Source: Selaginella moellendorffii (lineage: Eukaryota > Plantae > Lycopodiophyta). From it: DNA of 64,000 nt. A program made the position numbers and the translations under genes. Position 1 is the first letter of the stretch. Each line of letters begins with the position of its first letter. The notes beneath the pieces are model-generated. The model was not told where the DNA came from. It saw only the letters and a list, made by a program, of their open reading frames with translations, and made no database searches. The DNA lies in assembly GCF_000143415.4 (NCBI RefSeq), contig NW_003314282.1, positions 1,507,374 through 1,571,373 of the forward strand, read 5' to 3'. Below are positions 35,858 to 48,200 of this stretch, in pieces.

Positions 35858-37250
35858 CGTGAGAGGTCAAATATGAATGAGGACATAAGTCCTTGAAATG
35901 GTACCTTTAATAAATGTTGAAACAAACCCAAAAAGTTGGGGGTGTACTTATAGGATGAGTCAGTATTCTCATCATATAGATGGATAATCCTAAGGGGCAA
36001 AAGTAACTTATAAGGAACGGAAAATAATCAAGTGTTAGAGTAACACTTGCAAAGATGGTCCTTGTGAGTAGAACATGAATATAGGAAGTTGTATTCCAGT
36101 GAACTGGCATCTTCAAATACCCAAAAGGCTAAAACCTTATGAGTTATTGAATTGGCAAAAGTCCAAAAAGTTGGATAACTCAAGTGGAGTCAAAGAATAG
36201 TCCTAAAGGATTGGTAAAAACATTTGGACTGAGGTGTGTTGTATCCTAAGAAGGATGGGGAAGATCATAAGATTTAAGTATGAGAATAGTGGATATTTCA
36301 TTAATAGCAGAATATGCCATATTAAAGTCATGGGAAAGGTGTTTCTATAAGAAAGCAACTTTAGTGCAGAGTTGCGTGTGAAGATTATGGTGCAATGCTA
36401 ATTGATAGTTGGCATGAGAAATGACCACTTTGGTCTTGGCAAAAATCTAGATACAAGTGGAAAGTGTTGTAAAGGAAGGCTCGTAGAGCCGATAGTGTGG
36501 AGACACCAAATGTGCTAAAGTGTGATGTTTTAAGGTTAAATTAGTGGGTTCATGAGAACCCCTTGCTAAAGGAACCCAATGGAAATGAGAATGGCATAGC
36601 CTAAGTTGAAAGGTATATGGTTAAAGTGTGGTGACCAAAATAATGATGGAGGTGTGGAAGCACTAACAATGAGTTGTAAGACTTAACAACTATGAAGCAA
36701 CTAAGCAAAAGGTGTAACATAATTGANNNNNNNNNNNNNNNNNNNNNNNNNNNNNNNNNNNNNNNNNNNNNNNNNNNNNNNNNNNNNNNNNNNNNNNNNN
36801 NNNNNNNNNNNNNNNNNNNNNNNNNNNNNNNNNNNNNNNNNNNNNNNNNNNNNNNNNNNNNNNNNNNNNNNNNNNNNNNNNNNNNNNNNNNNNNNNNNNN
36901 NNNNNNNNNNNNNNNNNNNNNNNNNNNNNNNNNNNNNNNNNNNNNNNNNNNNNNNNNNNNNNNNNNNNNNNNNNNNNNNNNNNNNNNNNNNNNNNNNNNN
37001 NNNNNNNNNNNNNNNNNNNNNNNNNNNNNNNNNNNNNNNNNNNNNNNNNNNNNNNNNNNNNNNNNNNNNNNNNNNNNNNNNNNNNNNNNNNNNNNNNNNN
37101 NNNNNNNNNNNNNNNNNNNNNNNNNNNNNNNNNNNNNNNNNNNNNNNNNNNNNNNNNNNNNNNNNNNNNNNNNNNNNNNNNNNNNNNNNNNNNNNNNNNN
37201 NNNNNNNNNNNNNNNNNNNNNNNNNNNNNNNNNNNNNNNNNNNNNNNNNN

Positions 37251-40200
37251 NATATTAGACTATATAACAATTAGAATGCTTATAAAAGGAGAAACTTTAG
37301 CAAGCTAAAAGATAGAGTCTTTCAAGGGTTCTCAAATGCAATTCTAAGTAGGTTAATACCTAGAAAAACAAGTATAAATAATTTATAGGAATGCACAAAA
37401 TTAGAGTGGTGTAGCAAAAGTATGGTCTTGAAGCTTGCTATGAAGAGAAGCTATCAGGTTAGGGAACTAATTCCCAATGTTAAAAAAAATGGCTTTGAAT
37501 AAAAGTCAATGGTTAAGGACTTTCACGCTTATGCATGAAACTATATTACATTGGTCGGAAGATGACAAGTCGGGGGGAACAAAGAGCCTAGTTGAAGGTG
37601 TTGACTTCATAAAGGGGTAGCCCATGGGGTCAAACATGGAAGAGTCCATGCATGATCACAATTTTTTCAAGTGAGAGGATTTAGCAGTTTCGAGGAACTA
37701 AGTTCCTAAGCTATGATCCATAACACGCTTTAGGTACAAGTTGGTGTACCAAGGTGGGGAGTCACGCCAAGCATCATGGGTGATGTCACCTGTAAATGCA
37801 TATATGAAGGTTGGGTTTGAGTCTCCACCCTTGAGTGCTTGGGTTCGAGTCCCAACTCACTAGGGTATGGTGATGGTTTGGAATATGAGAACACTCATTT
37901 TTCGGTGGTTATGGACTCTTAGTAAGAAGACTGCCTCAGGCACACTACCAGGTGGGGGATGCTCTGTAGTCGTGATGCATGGTTAAATTACTTAGAGTGA
38001 AAGCTCAACATATTTAACTTGAACACTTTGGTGCAAATGGCACAAAGGATGTGGTGAATAAGATGGGGACACCCAATCTCAGTTGCTATAGACCCTTAGT
38101 GAGAAGGGCTAGCTTGGGCACACTGCCAAGTGTGGGGGATGCCCCCCAGTCATAGTCAAAAACTTAGGTCTGAAAGATCTAATACTTATTGGTAAATCTA
38201 TTAAGGTGTCAAGGTTAGATTACTATGTGATATTATGGCTAAGCAAGGACAAGGTTCTTGTGAAATTAAGGGATAAAGTTGCCCCAAATGGCACCAAGGA
38301 CGTGATGAATAAAATGGGGACACCCAATCTCAATTGCTATGGGACCCTTAGCGAGAAGGGTTAGCTTGGGCACACTGCCAAGTGTGGGGGATGCCCCTGC
38401 AGTTATAGTCAACAACTTAAAGGTTTGGAAGACTTAATACCTATTAACAAACCTGTTAAGGTGTCAAGGCTAGATCACTAAGTAATATTACAGCTAAGCA
38501 AGGATAAGGTTTTTGTGAGGTTAAGGAATAAGGTTCTTAGTTCAAAGTGTTGATTTAAACTATTGGTAATAGTGTGGCTTGGGTCCATCTTGGACTCCAT
38601 CTTGGGTCCATCTCAGACTCCATCTCGGGTCCATTTCAGACTCCATTTCGGGTCCATCTTGGATTCCATCTTAGGTCCATCTCGAACTCTATCTCGGGTC
38701 CATCTTGGACTTCATCTCGGATCCATCTTAAACTCCATCTCAGATCCATCTTAGACTCCATTTCAAGTCTATCTCAGACTCAATCTCAAGTCCATCTCGG
38801 ACTCTATCTCGGGCCTGTTTTGGGTTCATATCGACACTTCCATGTGTCATGTTTTGGTCCTTTTGTGCTTCCTTTTTAGAGACTTATTTACTACTTGCTT
38901 CGTGCTTGTTCCTCAAGCACTTCATTAGGAGTGGAACTCTCGATCTTGATTTTTCAAGTCAAAACTTTTAATCCAAATGTGTTTCACTCATTTAGCTTCT
39001 GCCTCATCCACTTCTATGTAGCACCCTTTCAACTCCTCTTTGGGGCCTAAGGATTTTATGTCTCACAATTCCACCATCTATAGATAAAGTTTGATGTCCT
39101 CATTGAACAATAAACCATTTTATAAAGTAACACCAGTCCTTTAAAAAGCATAGTCTTTATAACATAGAGACTTATTCAACCACTTGTAGTGGTTCTCTCC
39201 TTTTATTGGTTTAGTTCTCACTAAACCTATTAAATACACCTTCTCTATCTCAATCCCACTACTCATTCTCAAATAATTTCAGTTTCTATTGATATAACCT
39301 TTGCACTTTGAAAATTTTAATTTTGGCTTCTCAAAGTCAATTTCCTAGGTGTCTTTGATACTTTGCATTGCACATATTGGAAAAATTCCATTTTCCCATC
39401 CTATGAAGTCTCTNNNNNNNNNNNNNNNNNNNNNNNNNNNNNNNNNNNNNNNNNNNNNNNNNNNNNNNNNNNNNNNNNNNNNNNNNNNNNNNNNNNNNNN
39501 NNNNNNNNNNNNNNNNNNNNNNNNNNNNNNNNNNNNNNNNNNNNNNNNNNNNNNNNNNNNNNNNNNNNNNNNNNNNNNNNNNNNNNNNNNNNNNNNNNNN
39601 NNNNNNNNNNNNNNNNNNNNNNNNNNNNNNNNNNNNNNNNNNNNNNNNNNNNNNNNNNNNNNNNNNNNNNNNNNNNNNNNNNNNNNNNNNNNNNNNNNNN
39701 NNNNNNNNNNNNNNNNNNNNNNNNNNNNNNNNNNNNNNNNNNNNNNNNNNNNNNNNNNNNNNNNNNNNNNNNNNNNNNNNNNNNNNNNNNNNNNNNNNNN
39801 NNNNNNNNNNNNNNNNNNNNNNNNNNNNNNNNNNNNNNNNNNNNNNNNNNNNNNNNNNNNNNNNNNNNNNNNNNNNNNNNNNNNNNNNNNNNNNNNNNNN
39901 NNNNNNNNNNNNNNNNNNNNNNNNNNNNNNNNNNNNNNNNNNNNNNNNNNNNNNNNNNNNNNNNNNNNNNNNNNNNNNNNNNNNNNNNNNNNNNNNNNNN
40001 NNNNNNNNNNNNNNNNNNNNNNNNNNNNNNNNNNNNNNNNNNNNNNNNNNNNNNNNNNNNNNNNNNNNNNNNNNNNNNNNNNNNNNNNNNNNNNNNNNNN
40101 NNNNNNNNNNNNNNNNNNNNNNNNNNNNNNNNNNNNNNNNNNNNNNNNNNNNNNNNNNNNNNNNNNNNNNNNNNNNNNNNNNNNNNNNNNNNNNNNNNNN

Positions 40201-43070
40201 NNNNNNNNNNNNNNNNNNNNNNNNNNNNNNNNNNNNNNNNNNNNNNNNNNNNNNNNNNNNNNNNNNNNNNNNNNNNNNNNNNNNNNNNNNNNNNNNNNNN
40301 NNNNNNNNNNNNNNNNNNNNNNNNNNNNNNNNNNNNNNNNNNNNNNNNNNNNNNNNNNNNNNNNNNNNNNNNNNNNNNNNNNNNNNNNNNNNNTGGTGTT
40401 CGGTATCATGAAGGTATTAGATAAGACCTAAGGGACTAAATCTTGAACAAATAATGGATAAAAGGTGATATTCAATATTTAAGGTTGCGAAGACGGGAGA
40501 AATTCGTCTATCCAAATTATCGCTTGTTAGTGCAGCTTTTTGGCAAGGCTAGTGACGGGCATATAAAGGCTTATAAGTAGCAATATTAATCCTAGTGTGT
40601 GGGATTATAAGGTGATTATATCTGGATTGAGGAATCATTCTCTAGACTATTGAGTAGGTTCAACCCTAAGGATACTTGTTAAGGCATGGTAGAAAGTGCA
40701 AAGTTATCCTTCTAGATTAGAAGAGAATAACTAAAGGAAACATATGATGTTAAAAGCAAGTAGTAAAGGGGTATAATCAAACCATAAAAAGTGAAGAGCA
40801 TAGCTAATGGTGGTTATGCAAGTTAGGAGTGGAGAATCAAGTGGGTGCTTGAAGGTGTTGCCACTGGCAATTGTGATGCTATGGAGGGTCTAAAATATAA
40901 AATTGTTTATATTAGACTATATAACAATTAGAATGCTTATAAAAGGAGAAACTTTAGCAAGCTAAAAGATAGAGTCCTTTCAAGGTTCTCAAATGCAATT
41001 CTAAGTAGGTTAATACCTAGAAAAACAAGTATAAATAATTTATAGGAATGCACAAAATTAGAGTGGTGTAGCAAAAGTATGGTCTTGAAGCTTGCTATGA
41101 AGAGAAGCTATCAGGTTAGGGAACTAATTCCCAATGTTAAAAAAAATGGCTTTGAATAAAAGTCAATGGTTAAGGACTTTCACGCTTATGCATGAAACTA
41201 TATTACATTGGTCGGAAGATGACAAGTCGGGGGGAACAAAGAGCCTAGTTGAAGGTGTTGACTTCATAAAGGGGTAGCCCATGGGGTCAAACATGGAAGA
41301 GTCCATGCATGATCACAATTTTTTCAAGTGAGAGGATTTAGCAGTTTCGAGGAACTAAGTTCCTAAGCTATGATCCATAACACGCTTTAGGTACAAGTTG
41401 GTGTACCAAGGTGGGGAGTCACGCCAAGCATCATGGGTGATGTCACCTGTAAATGCATATATGAAGGTTGGGTTTGAGTCTCCACCCTTGAGTGCTTGGG
41501 TTCGAGTCCCAACTCACTAGGGTATGGTGATGGTTTGGAATATGAGAACACTCATTTTTCGGTGGTTATGGACTCTTAGTAAGAAGACTGCCTCAGGCAC
41601 ACTACCAGGTGGGGGATGCTCTGTAGTCGTGATGCATGGTTAAATTACTTAGAGTGAAAGCTCAACATATTTAACTTGAACACTTTGGTGCAAATGGCAC
41701 AAAGGATGTGGTGAATAAGATGGGGACACCCAATCTCAGTTGCTATAGACCCTTAGTGAGAAGGGCTAGCTTGGGCACACTGCCAAGTGTGGGGGATGCC
41801 CCCCAGTCATAGTCAAAAACTTAGGTCTGAAAGATCTAATACTTATTGGTAAATCTATTAAGGTGTCAAGGTTAGATTACTATGTGATATTATGGCTAAG
41901 CAAGGACAAGGTTCTTGTGAAATTAAGGGATAAAGTTGCCCCAAATGGCACCAAGGACGTGATGAATAAAATGGGGACACCCAATCTCAATTGCTATGGG
42001 ACCCTTAGCGAGAAGGGTTAGCTTGGGCACACTGCCAAGTGTGGGGGATGCCCCTGCAGTTATAGTCAACAACTTAAAGGTTTGGAAGACTTAATACCTA
42101 TTAACAAACCTGTTAAGGTGTCAAGGCTAGATCACTAAGTAATATTACAGCTAAGCAAGGATAAGGTTTTTGTGAGGTTAAGGAATAAGGTTCTTAGTTC
42201 AAAGTGTTGATTTAAACTATTGGTAATAGTGTGGCTTGGGTCCATCTTGGACTCCATCTTGGGTCCATCTCAGACTCCATCTCGGGTCCATTTCAGACTC
42301 CATTTCGGGTCCATCTTGGATTCCATCTTAGGTCCATCTCGAACTCTATCTCGGGTCCATCTTGGACTTCATCTCGGATCCATCTTAAACTCCATCTCAG
42401 ATCCATCTTAGACTCCATTTCAAGTCTATCTCAGACTCAATCTCAAGTCCATCTCGGACTCTATCTCGGGCCTGTTTTGGGTTCATATCGACACTTCCAT
42501 GTGTCATGTTTTGGTCCTTTTGTGCTTCCTTTTTAGAGACTTATTTACTACTTGCTTCGTGCTTGTTCCTCAAGCACTTCATTAGGAGTGGAACTCTCGA
42601 TCTTGATTTTTCAAGTCAAAACTTTTAATCCAAATGTGTTTCACTCATTTAGCTTCTGCCTCATCCACTTCTATGTAGCACCCTTTCAACTCCTCTTTGG
42701 GGCCTAAGGATTTTATGTCTCACAATTCCACCATCTATAGATAAAGTTTGATGTCCTCATTGAACAATAAACCATTTTATAAAGTAACACCAGTCCTTTA
42801 AAAAGCATAGTCTTTATAACATAGAGACTTATTCAACCACTTGTAGTGGTTCTCTCCTTTTATTGGTTTAGTTCTCACTAAACCTATTAAATACACCTTC
42901 TCTATCTCAATCCCACTACTCATTCTCAAATAATTTCAGTTTCTATTGATATAACCTTTGCACTTTGAAAATTTTAATTTTGGCTTCTCAAAGTCAATTT
43001 CCTAGGTGTCTTTGATACTTTGCATTGCACATATTGGAAAAATTCCATTTTCCCATCCTATGAAGTTCTC
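37251..43070 (+). repeat. Near-identical 2.16-kb direct duplication (37251-39413 and 40909-43070) of TE-derived sequence, bounded by gaps
   Basis: Essentially identical sequence, with visible differences only near contig ends. Each copy includes a reversed family A LTR end (…tgtctcaca at 39067 and 42724). Confidence 0.9.
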
Positions 43071-43570
43071 TACTTGAGGGCACCATCATCCTTTTTTTTA
43101 TTTCTTGCCCCATAACAACTGAGATTGGGTGTCCCCATCTCATTCACCACATCCTTGGTGCCACTTGCACCAAAGTGTTCAAGTTAGATTTATTAAGCTT
43201 TCAAACTAAGCAATTTAATTGTGTATCACGACTCCGGGGCATCCTCCACTTGGCGATGTACCCAAGTCAGTCTCCTTACTAAGAGTTCATGACCACTGAA
43301 AAATAAGTGTTTTCATATTCTAAACCATCACCGCACCTTAGTGAGTTGGGATTCGAACCCAAGCACTAAAGGGTTAGGACTTGAACCCAACCTTCATATA
43401 TGCATTTACAGACAACATCACCTAACATGCTTGGTGTGATTCCCCACGCCGGTGCACCAATTTATGCTTAAAGCATGTTATAGATTACAACTTAGGAACT
43501 TAGTTCCTCCGCATTGCCAAATTCTCTCACTTAACAAGTTTGTGATCATGCATGAACTTCTCCACGACCA

Positions 43571-44171
43571 TATAAACAACCAAAGAAAATAACTTGAGAA
43601 ACGATCCATAAAGGTTCAAATATAAAGGGAAAGGGCCCATGAATAAAAATGCACCCCCTTTTCTAATCGGTTAAAGGTCTTCGGATACTTGGGGTTAAGT
43701 GTCCTTGGGTTTAAATAATACTAGAATGGGTGACCTCCCGGGAAGTCTAAATTCAGGAGATTACATTTGGTTCAGGTTTGACTTTGTTCGTTGGTTTAGG
43801 GGAATCGTACCATATGTTAATTGACATTTGGCAAGTCTAGTTTGCTCCGGCTAGGCTTGACTCGAGGGGTAGGGTGTCAAGAAAGTGGGGCTCTTCAAGA
43901 GAGTGAGGCTTTTAGGAGAGTTGCGACTCTTAGCTTTTGTTTACGAGGGTGTGAACTTGTAGGGAAGTGTGGTGGATTATAAGCAATCAAAGGAAACGAC
44001 TCAAGAAATGATTCATAAGGTTCAAATATATAGGGAAAGCACCCATAAATAAGAGTGCACCCCCTTTTCCAATTGGTTAAGGGTTTTGAGATACTTGGGG
44101 TTAAGTGTCATTGGGTTTAAATAGTATTGGGTTGGGTGACCTCCCAAGAAGTCCAAATTCAAGAGCTTACA
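43571..44171 (+). mobile_element. Cassandra-like TRIM copy 4 (LTRs 43571-43765 and 43978-44171), best-preserved 5S segment
   Basis: 43694-43747 aligns without gaps to the A-box-to-C-box region of plant 5S rRNA (45/54 by hand against the recalled consensus). Confidence 0.9.
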
Positions 44172-45202
44172 AATCATGGATAGAAAAGGACCGAAAATGG
44201 GATATTAGGGAAGGTTATTCCCCATATCTACAAGGATCTTAAGGATGTTAAAGAATGTATCTGAGATGATCACTCATGGATAGGTGGCCCAGTCTTTAAA
44301 AGACAGGGTTGTGATGCAGGTGGTGTTGGACCACTAGTGTGATAAAAATGAATGGGCAGTGTGACAAAAATGAATGGGCATGTCTTTAGCGTAATGGGCT
44401 AATATGTCAATGGCACCTTTGGGTGTTAGTCGTAGGATAGGACACGTGGAGCATTTAGACTAAATGCAAAGGTTGAGTGGCATAGATACCATTCTTGGGG
44501 TTAACAAGTCCCCAAATCCGGACTAAATGCAAAGGTTGAGTGGCATAGATGCCATTCTCGGGGTTAACAAATCCCCAAATCCGGAATAGAACTTATGGAG
44601 GTTGTGAGTGGGATTCCTTCATGTGGTTGAAGGTGTGGTTAAGTGACTAAAGTATAATGGAAAATTTAGTCATTTCTAATGCTATATGGTAGCGGTTGAA
44701 GTGAAAGTTCAACAAGTGTAACATGGATTTGCATTAGATTGCAAATTTAGATGTAAGACCAACACTATTGTGTTCAAGACAATCTTTACATTTCATTGAT
44801 ATATTAAATTAGTAATTCTAAACATTTTCCATAAATAAACAAACAGACTAATAGAAGGTGTATGATAGGTAGAGTGTCTTGGTGGACACAGTAAGCTATC
44901 TTCTAGTGAGTATTGAGGGACCCAAACTCATACCACAGGAGTTCCCCACACTAGTAAGTGCCAGCTAACATATGAGTTTCTCATATTAGGTTGAGTATGT
45001 TTAGCAAGAGACAGATAGAAGTTCGGACGTTAGGCTATTTGATATAAATACATACATGATGACTGGTTTTCAAACTAGCTTAGGTGGAAAATGATAAAGA
45101 CTCTAGCAATACCGACCTCCTGCTATCGTGGTAGTAAAGAAAGAATATCTGAAAGGACTAACCGACAAATAAATTTTGATACGTATAGTCACATTTGTGA
45201 CA
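44172..45202. mobile_element. Chimeric remnant: 3' part of family A LTR (44172-44680) joined to the end of a family B LTR (~44730-45202)
   Basis: Matches 34430-34855 and then 21390-21876 (ends gtcacatttgtgaca). Contains a ~61-bp internal tandem duplication at ~44458-44580. Confidence 0.7.
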
Positions 45203-45229
45203 CTCTCCTCTCCTTAGAGAAAATTGACA

Positions 45230-48200
45230 TCCTCATCGATATAAGAAAACAACTCTAGAAAAAATTCACAGTGTTCACACTTTGTGAAAAATGCATCAAA
45301 CAACCCCATAACTAGAGATTTCACTATGCACACAAAGTATTGAAGTTAGTCTACCTATATTAGCCCAAACTTAAAGATTAACAGATGGACAACATCAAAG
45401 TCATAGACAATAATATTTAAATCTTAGATTAGAACATAAAAGTATTCATATAAGTCAGGATTAGAGTATAAGAACCACAAAGATCATTAAAGATTAAGGT
45501 CATAGGATTAATTATCCAACAAAATTCAATAGTAAATAGATTATCAAAAAAACTTAATGATAAAATTTAACTATCAAAGATTTTAGATAGCATGTCAAAT
45601 AACTTATAAAAAACAGCTTAAAGAACACAAAGTATCATCGACTATTAAGCAAAATGCTTGCGAATGTATTGCCCAAAGGAAATAACATCCAATCTATTAA
45701 AATAAACTATAGCAATAGTCATTAAAACAAAATGAATATTGTAAAACTAACAAACACTCGTTTATGTTAATTATCACACTAACCAATTGGAATAGAGCCT
45801 TCTCAACAATACTAAGAAACTCAAGTTGCTTAAGTAAGCGTTAAAAACATCCTACAAACCCAAGAGACTAATCTAGAGCGAACCATAAAGAACTTATTGT
45901 AATATAAAAAGCCATAAACCATTAAAGAGAATAACTATTATGAAAGATCATTAATCATCCTATCGAAAGAGAGATGTATAATCATTGTCAAAAAAATATT
46001 TCCACCATCCCAAAAAAGGGCAAATCATTCTATAACAACAATAATTAAGCAAAATCTTTGACAAGGATAATCAACTATCCTAGATGATAGTCAATCATCA
46101 CTAATGATTACTAAATACAAAATCTAACCTCAACATCAAAGCTAATTAACTAAAATGCCTTCTTCAACAACTCTTAACAAATGAAATAATGAACATTAAA
46201 CTCAAAGAATCAAAAACTTAAAGAAGCTTATAGCCAAGTCTCACCTAATAATGATCACAAGTTTTGCATGAATTAACTTTAATGCAAAAGACAAAATCAT
46301 GGTACAACCCATAATAACCTCTTTAACACATCCATAACCTAAACTTTATAATGCCAAAGCTAATGAAGAGCATGTTTGCATCAATCCAAAAGCTAAATAC
46401 AACGAAGTTATGCTCAATAAATGATCACCAAATAATACTTTATAAATCCATCTATAACAAGACAAAACTCACTTTATAACAAGCATAAAAAGAATCATCA
46501 ATGATCAATATATTTTCAGCTTAAATTTAATAAAGATTCAATCACTTTAATATAGATCACTAATTCTTCTTTTCGTAAAGTTTACATAGTCCACAATTCA
46601 AGGAAAAAGCTAAAGCTCATCCTCTACTAAGCAATGTTGTTTAGAATATAACTGCCACTCAACTCATTTAAACATTAATATAGTTGCTAGCTAACAATTG
46701 CACAAATGCCAAAAACACAAAAATATAGCTAAATCATCAATAGTATCTATATTAAAACTAATGAAACTCAATATTAATCCCCAAGTAGAGACATCTAATT
46801 TCACATGAATGTCAACATTAATAATGTCAATGACAAGGCATCACTTCATTGCCATTAACACTAAAATAAAGTTAAAAGAAAGCAAGAGCGAGTCACCACT
46901 CAAAGTTCTTTAGTAACCACACTAACCAAATGTCAAAGATACTTTACTTAGTATCCAAGATATAGATAACAGTTATAGATAACAGTTATAGATAACACAT
47001 TACCAATGAATGAATCACTATATCCAAGATTGAATATAATCCAACACAACAAATGTCAATATTGAGAGAGGTAGAATTGACATGCCAACATGGAAAAACC
47101 ATGTAAGCTTAATGATATGATCCTCCACAACATCATTTGGTAAACAAGTCCATCATTGATAAATCTTCATCGAGTATAGAAAGTGTCAAAAGTCTTCAAT
47201 GAAGTCTACAAATAAATCATTAGTTGCATTTCAACTTACATTTCACAAAACCCAAACATTAAACTCATGTTATCAAGTCATATATTTGTTCAACATTGTA
47301 GCACACGTGGTTTTGACCCTTTATCCTATGGTGATTTACCATAGGATATTACCACGAAGCGGAACCTAAACCCTCTTTGTGCCACATGACAGATGCCACG
47401 TGTCCAAAGGAACGTGGTGTGGAACCCAAGGTTCAGGGCCTTGGGCCACTAAACGAAGAAACGGTGCTAAACTCCCAAGCATGGAGCCAAGGAGTGACGG
47501 AACCGGACCACGGAGCAACTCCTAAGCATATAGCCCAAAGAGTGAAGGGACAGGAGCCTGGAGTGATTTGGAACAGTCCTAGAGCAATCAATATCCCAAT
47601 GCCAGGACTAACACGCAAAACAGAGCTAAATGGAGTCTAGTGTTATTTCAGCATACTGGTGGCCTAACGCAAGGATATGGGTACTCCACCAGCTAGCATG
47701 GAATGGAATTTGGGCTTAGACCCAAACCCGACGCAAAATAAGGATAGGCATGCAAGCGAGAGCTAGACTATGCCTCAGGTTGTGTTAGCCATGCCTGACC
47801 TACCCACTATCCCTATTATACATTTGGAACCCCCCCCCCCCCCCCTTGAGGAACACATGCTTTGGGCTTTCACCCCAAGCCTCCCTTAGTATCAGGAGTT
47901 AGTCTCTGAGACAAGCTCGAAACTTACTAAATATGGATGGCGCTAGATTGCAAATTTGGACACGGGATGAACACCTTTGTGTTCAGGCCGATCTCTACAT
48001 TTCGTAGATATGCCAAATAAGCTAATCTAGACACTTTCCATAAATAGCACTTGAGACCGAAATGAGACTAACACAAAGGGCATGATAGCGAGGGTGTTTG
48101 GCAGACACGGTAAGCTATCATCTAGCGAATATTAAGGGACCAATCTCAATATTGCAGGGGTTCTTGATACTAGCAAGTGCAAGCCAATGACACAAGTTTA

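Noticed and set aside
36692-40431. ORFs of 180-360 aa (also 52052-52726 and 5972-6205)
   Set aside because: They are translations of N-gaps.
43694-43747. Bona fide 5S rRNA genes
   Set aside because: Only ~54 of ~120 nt match and the 5' half is missing. The segment is always embedded in TRIM LTRs.
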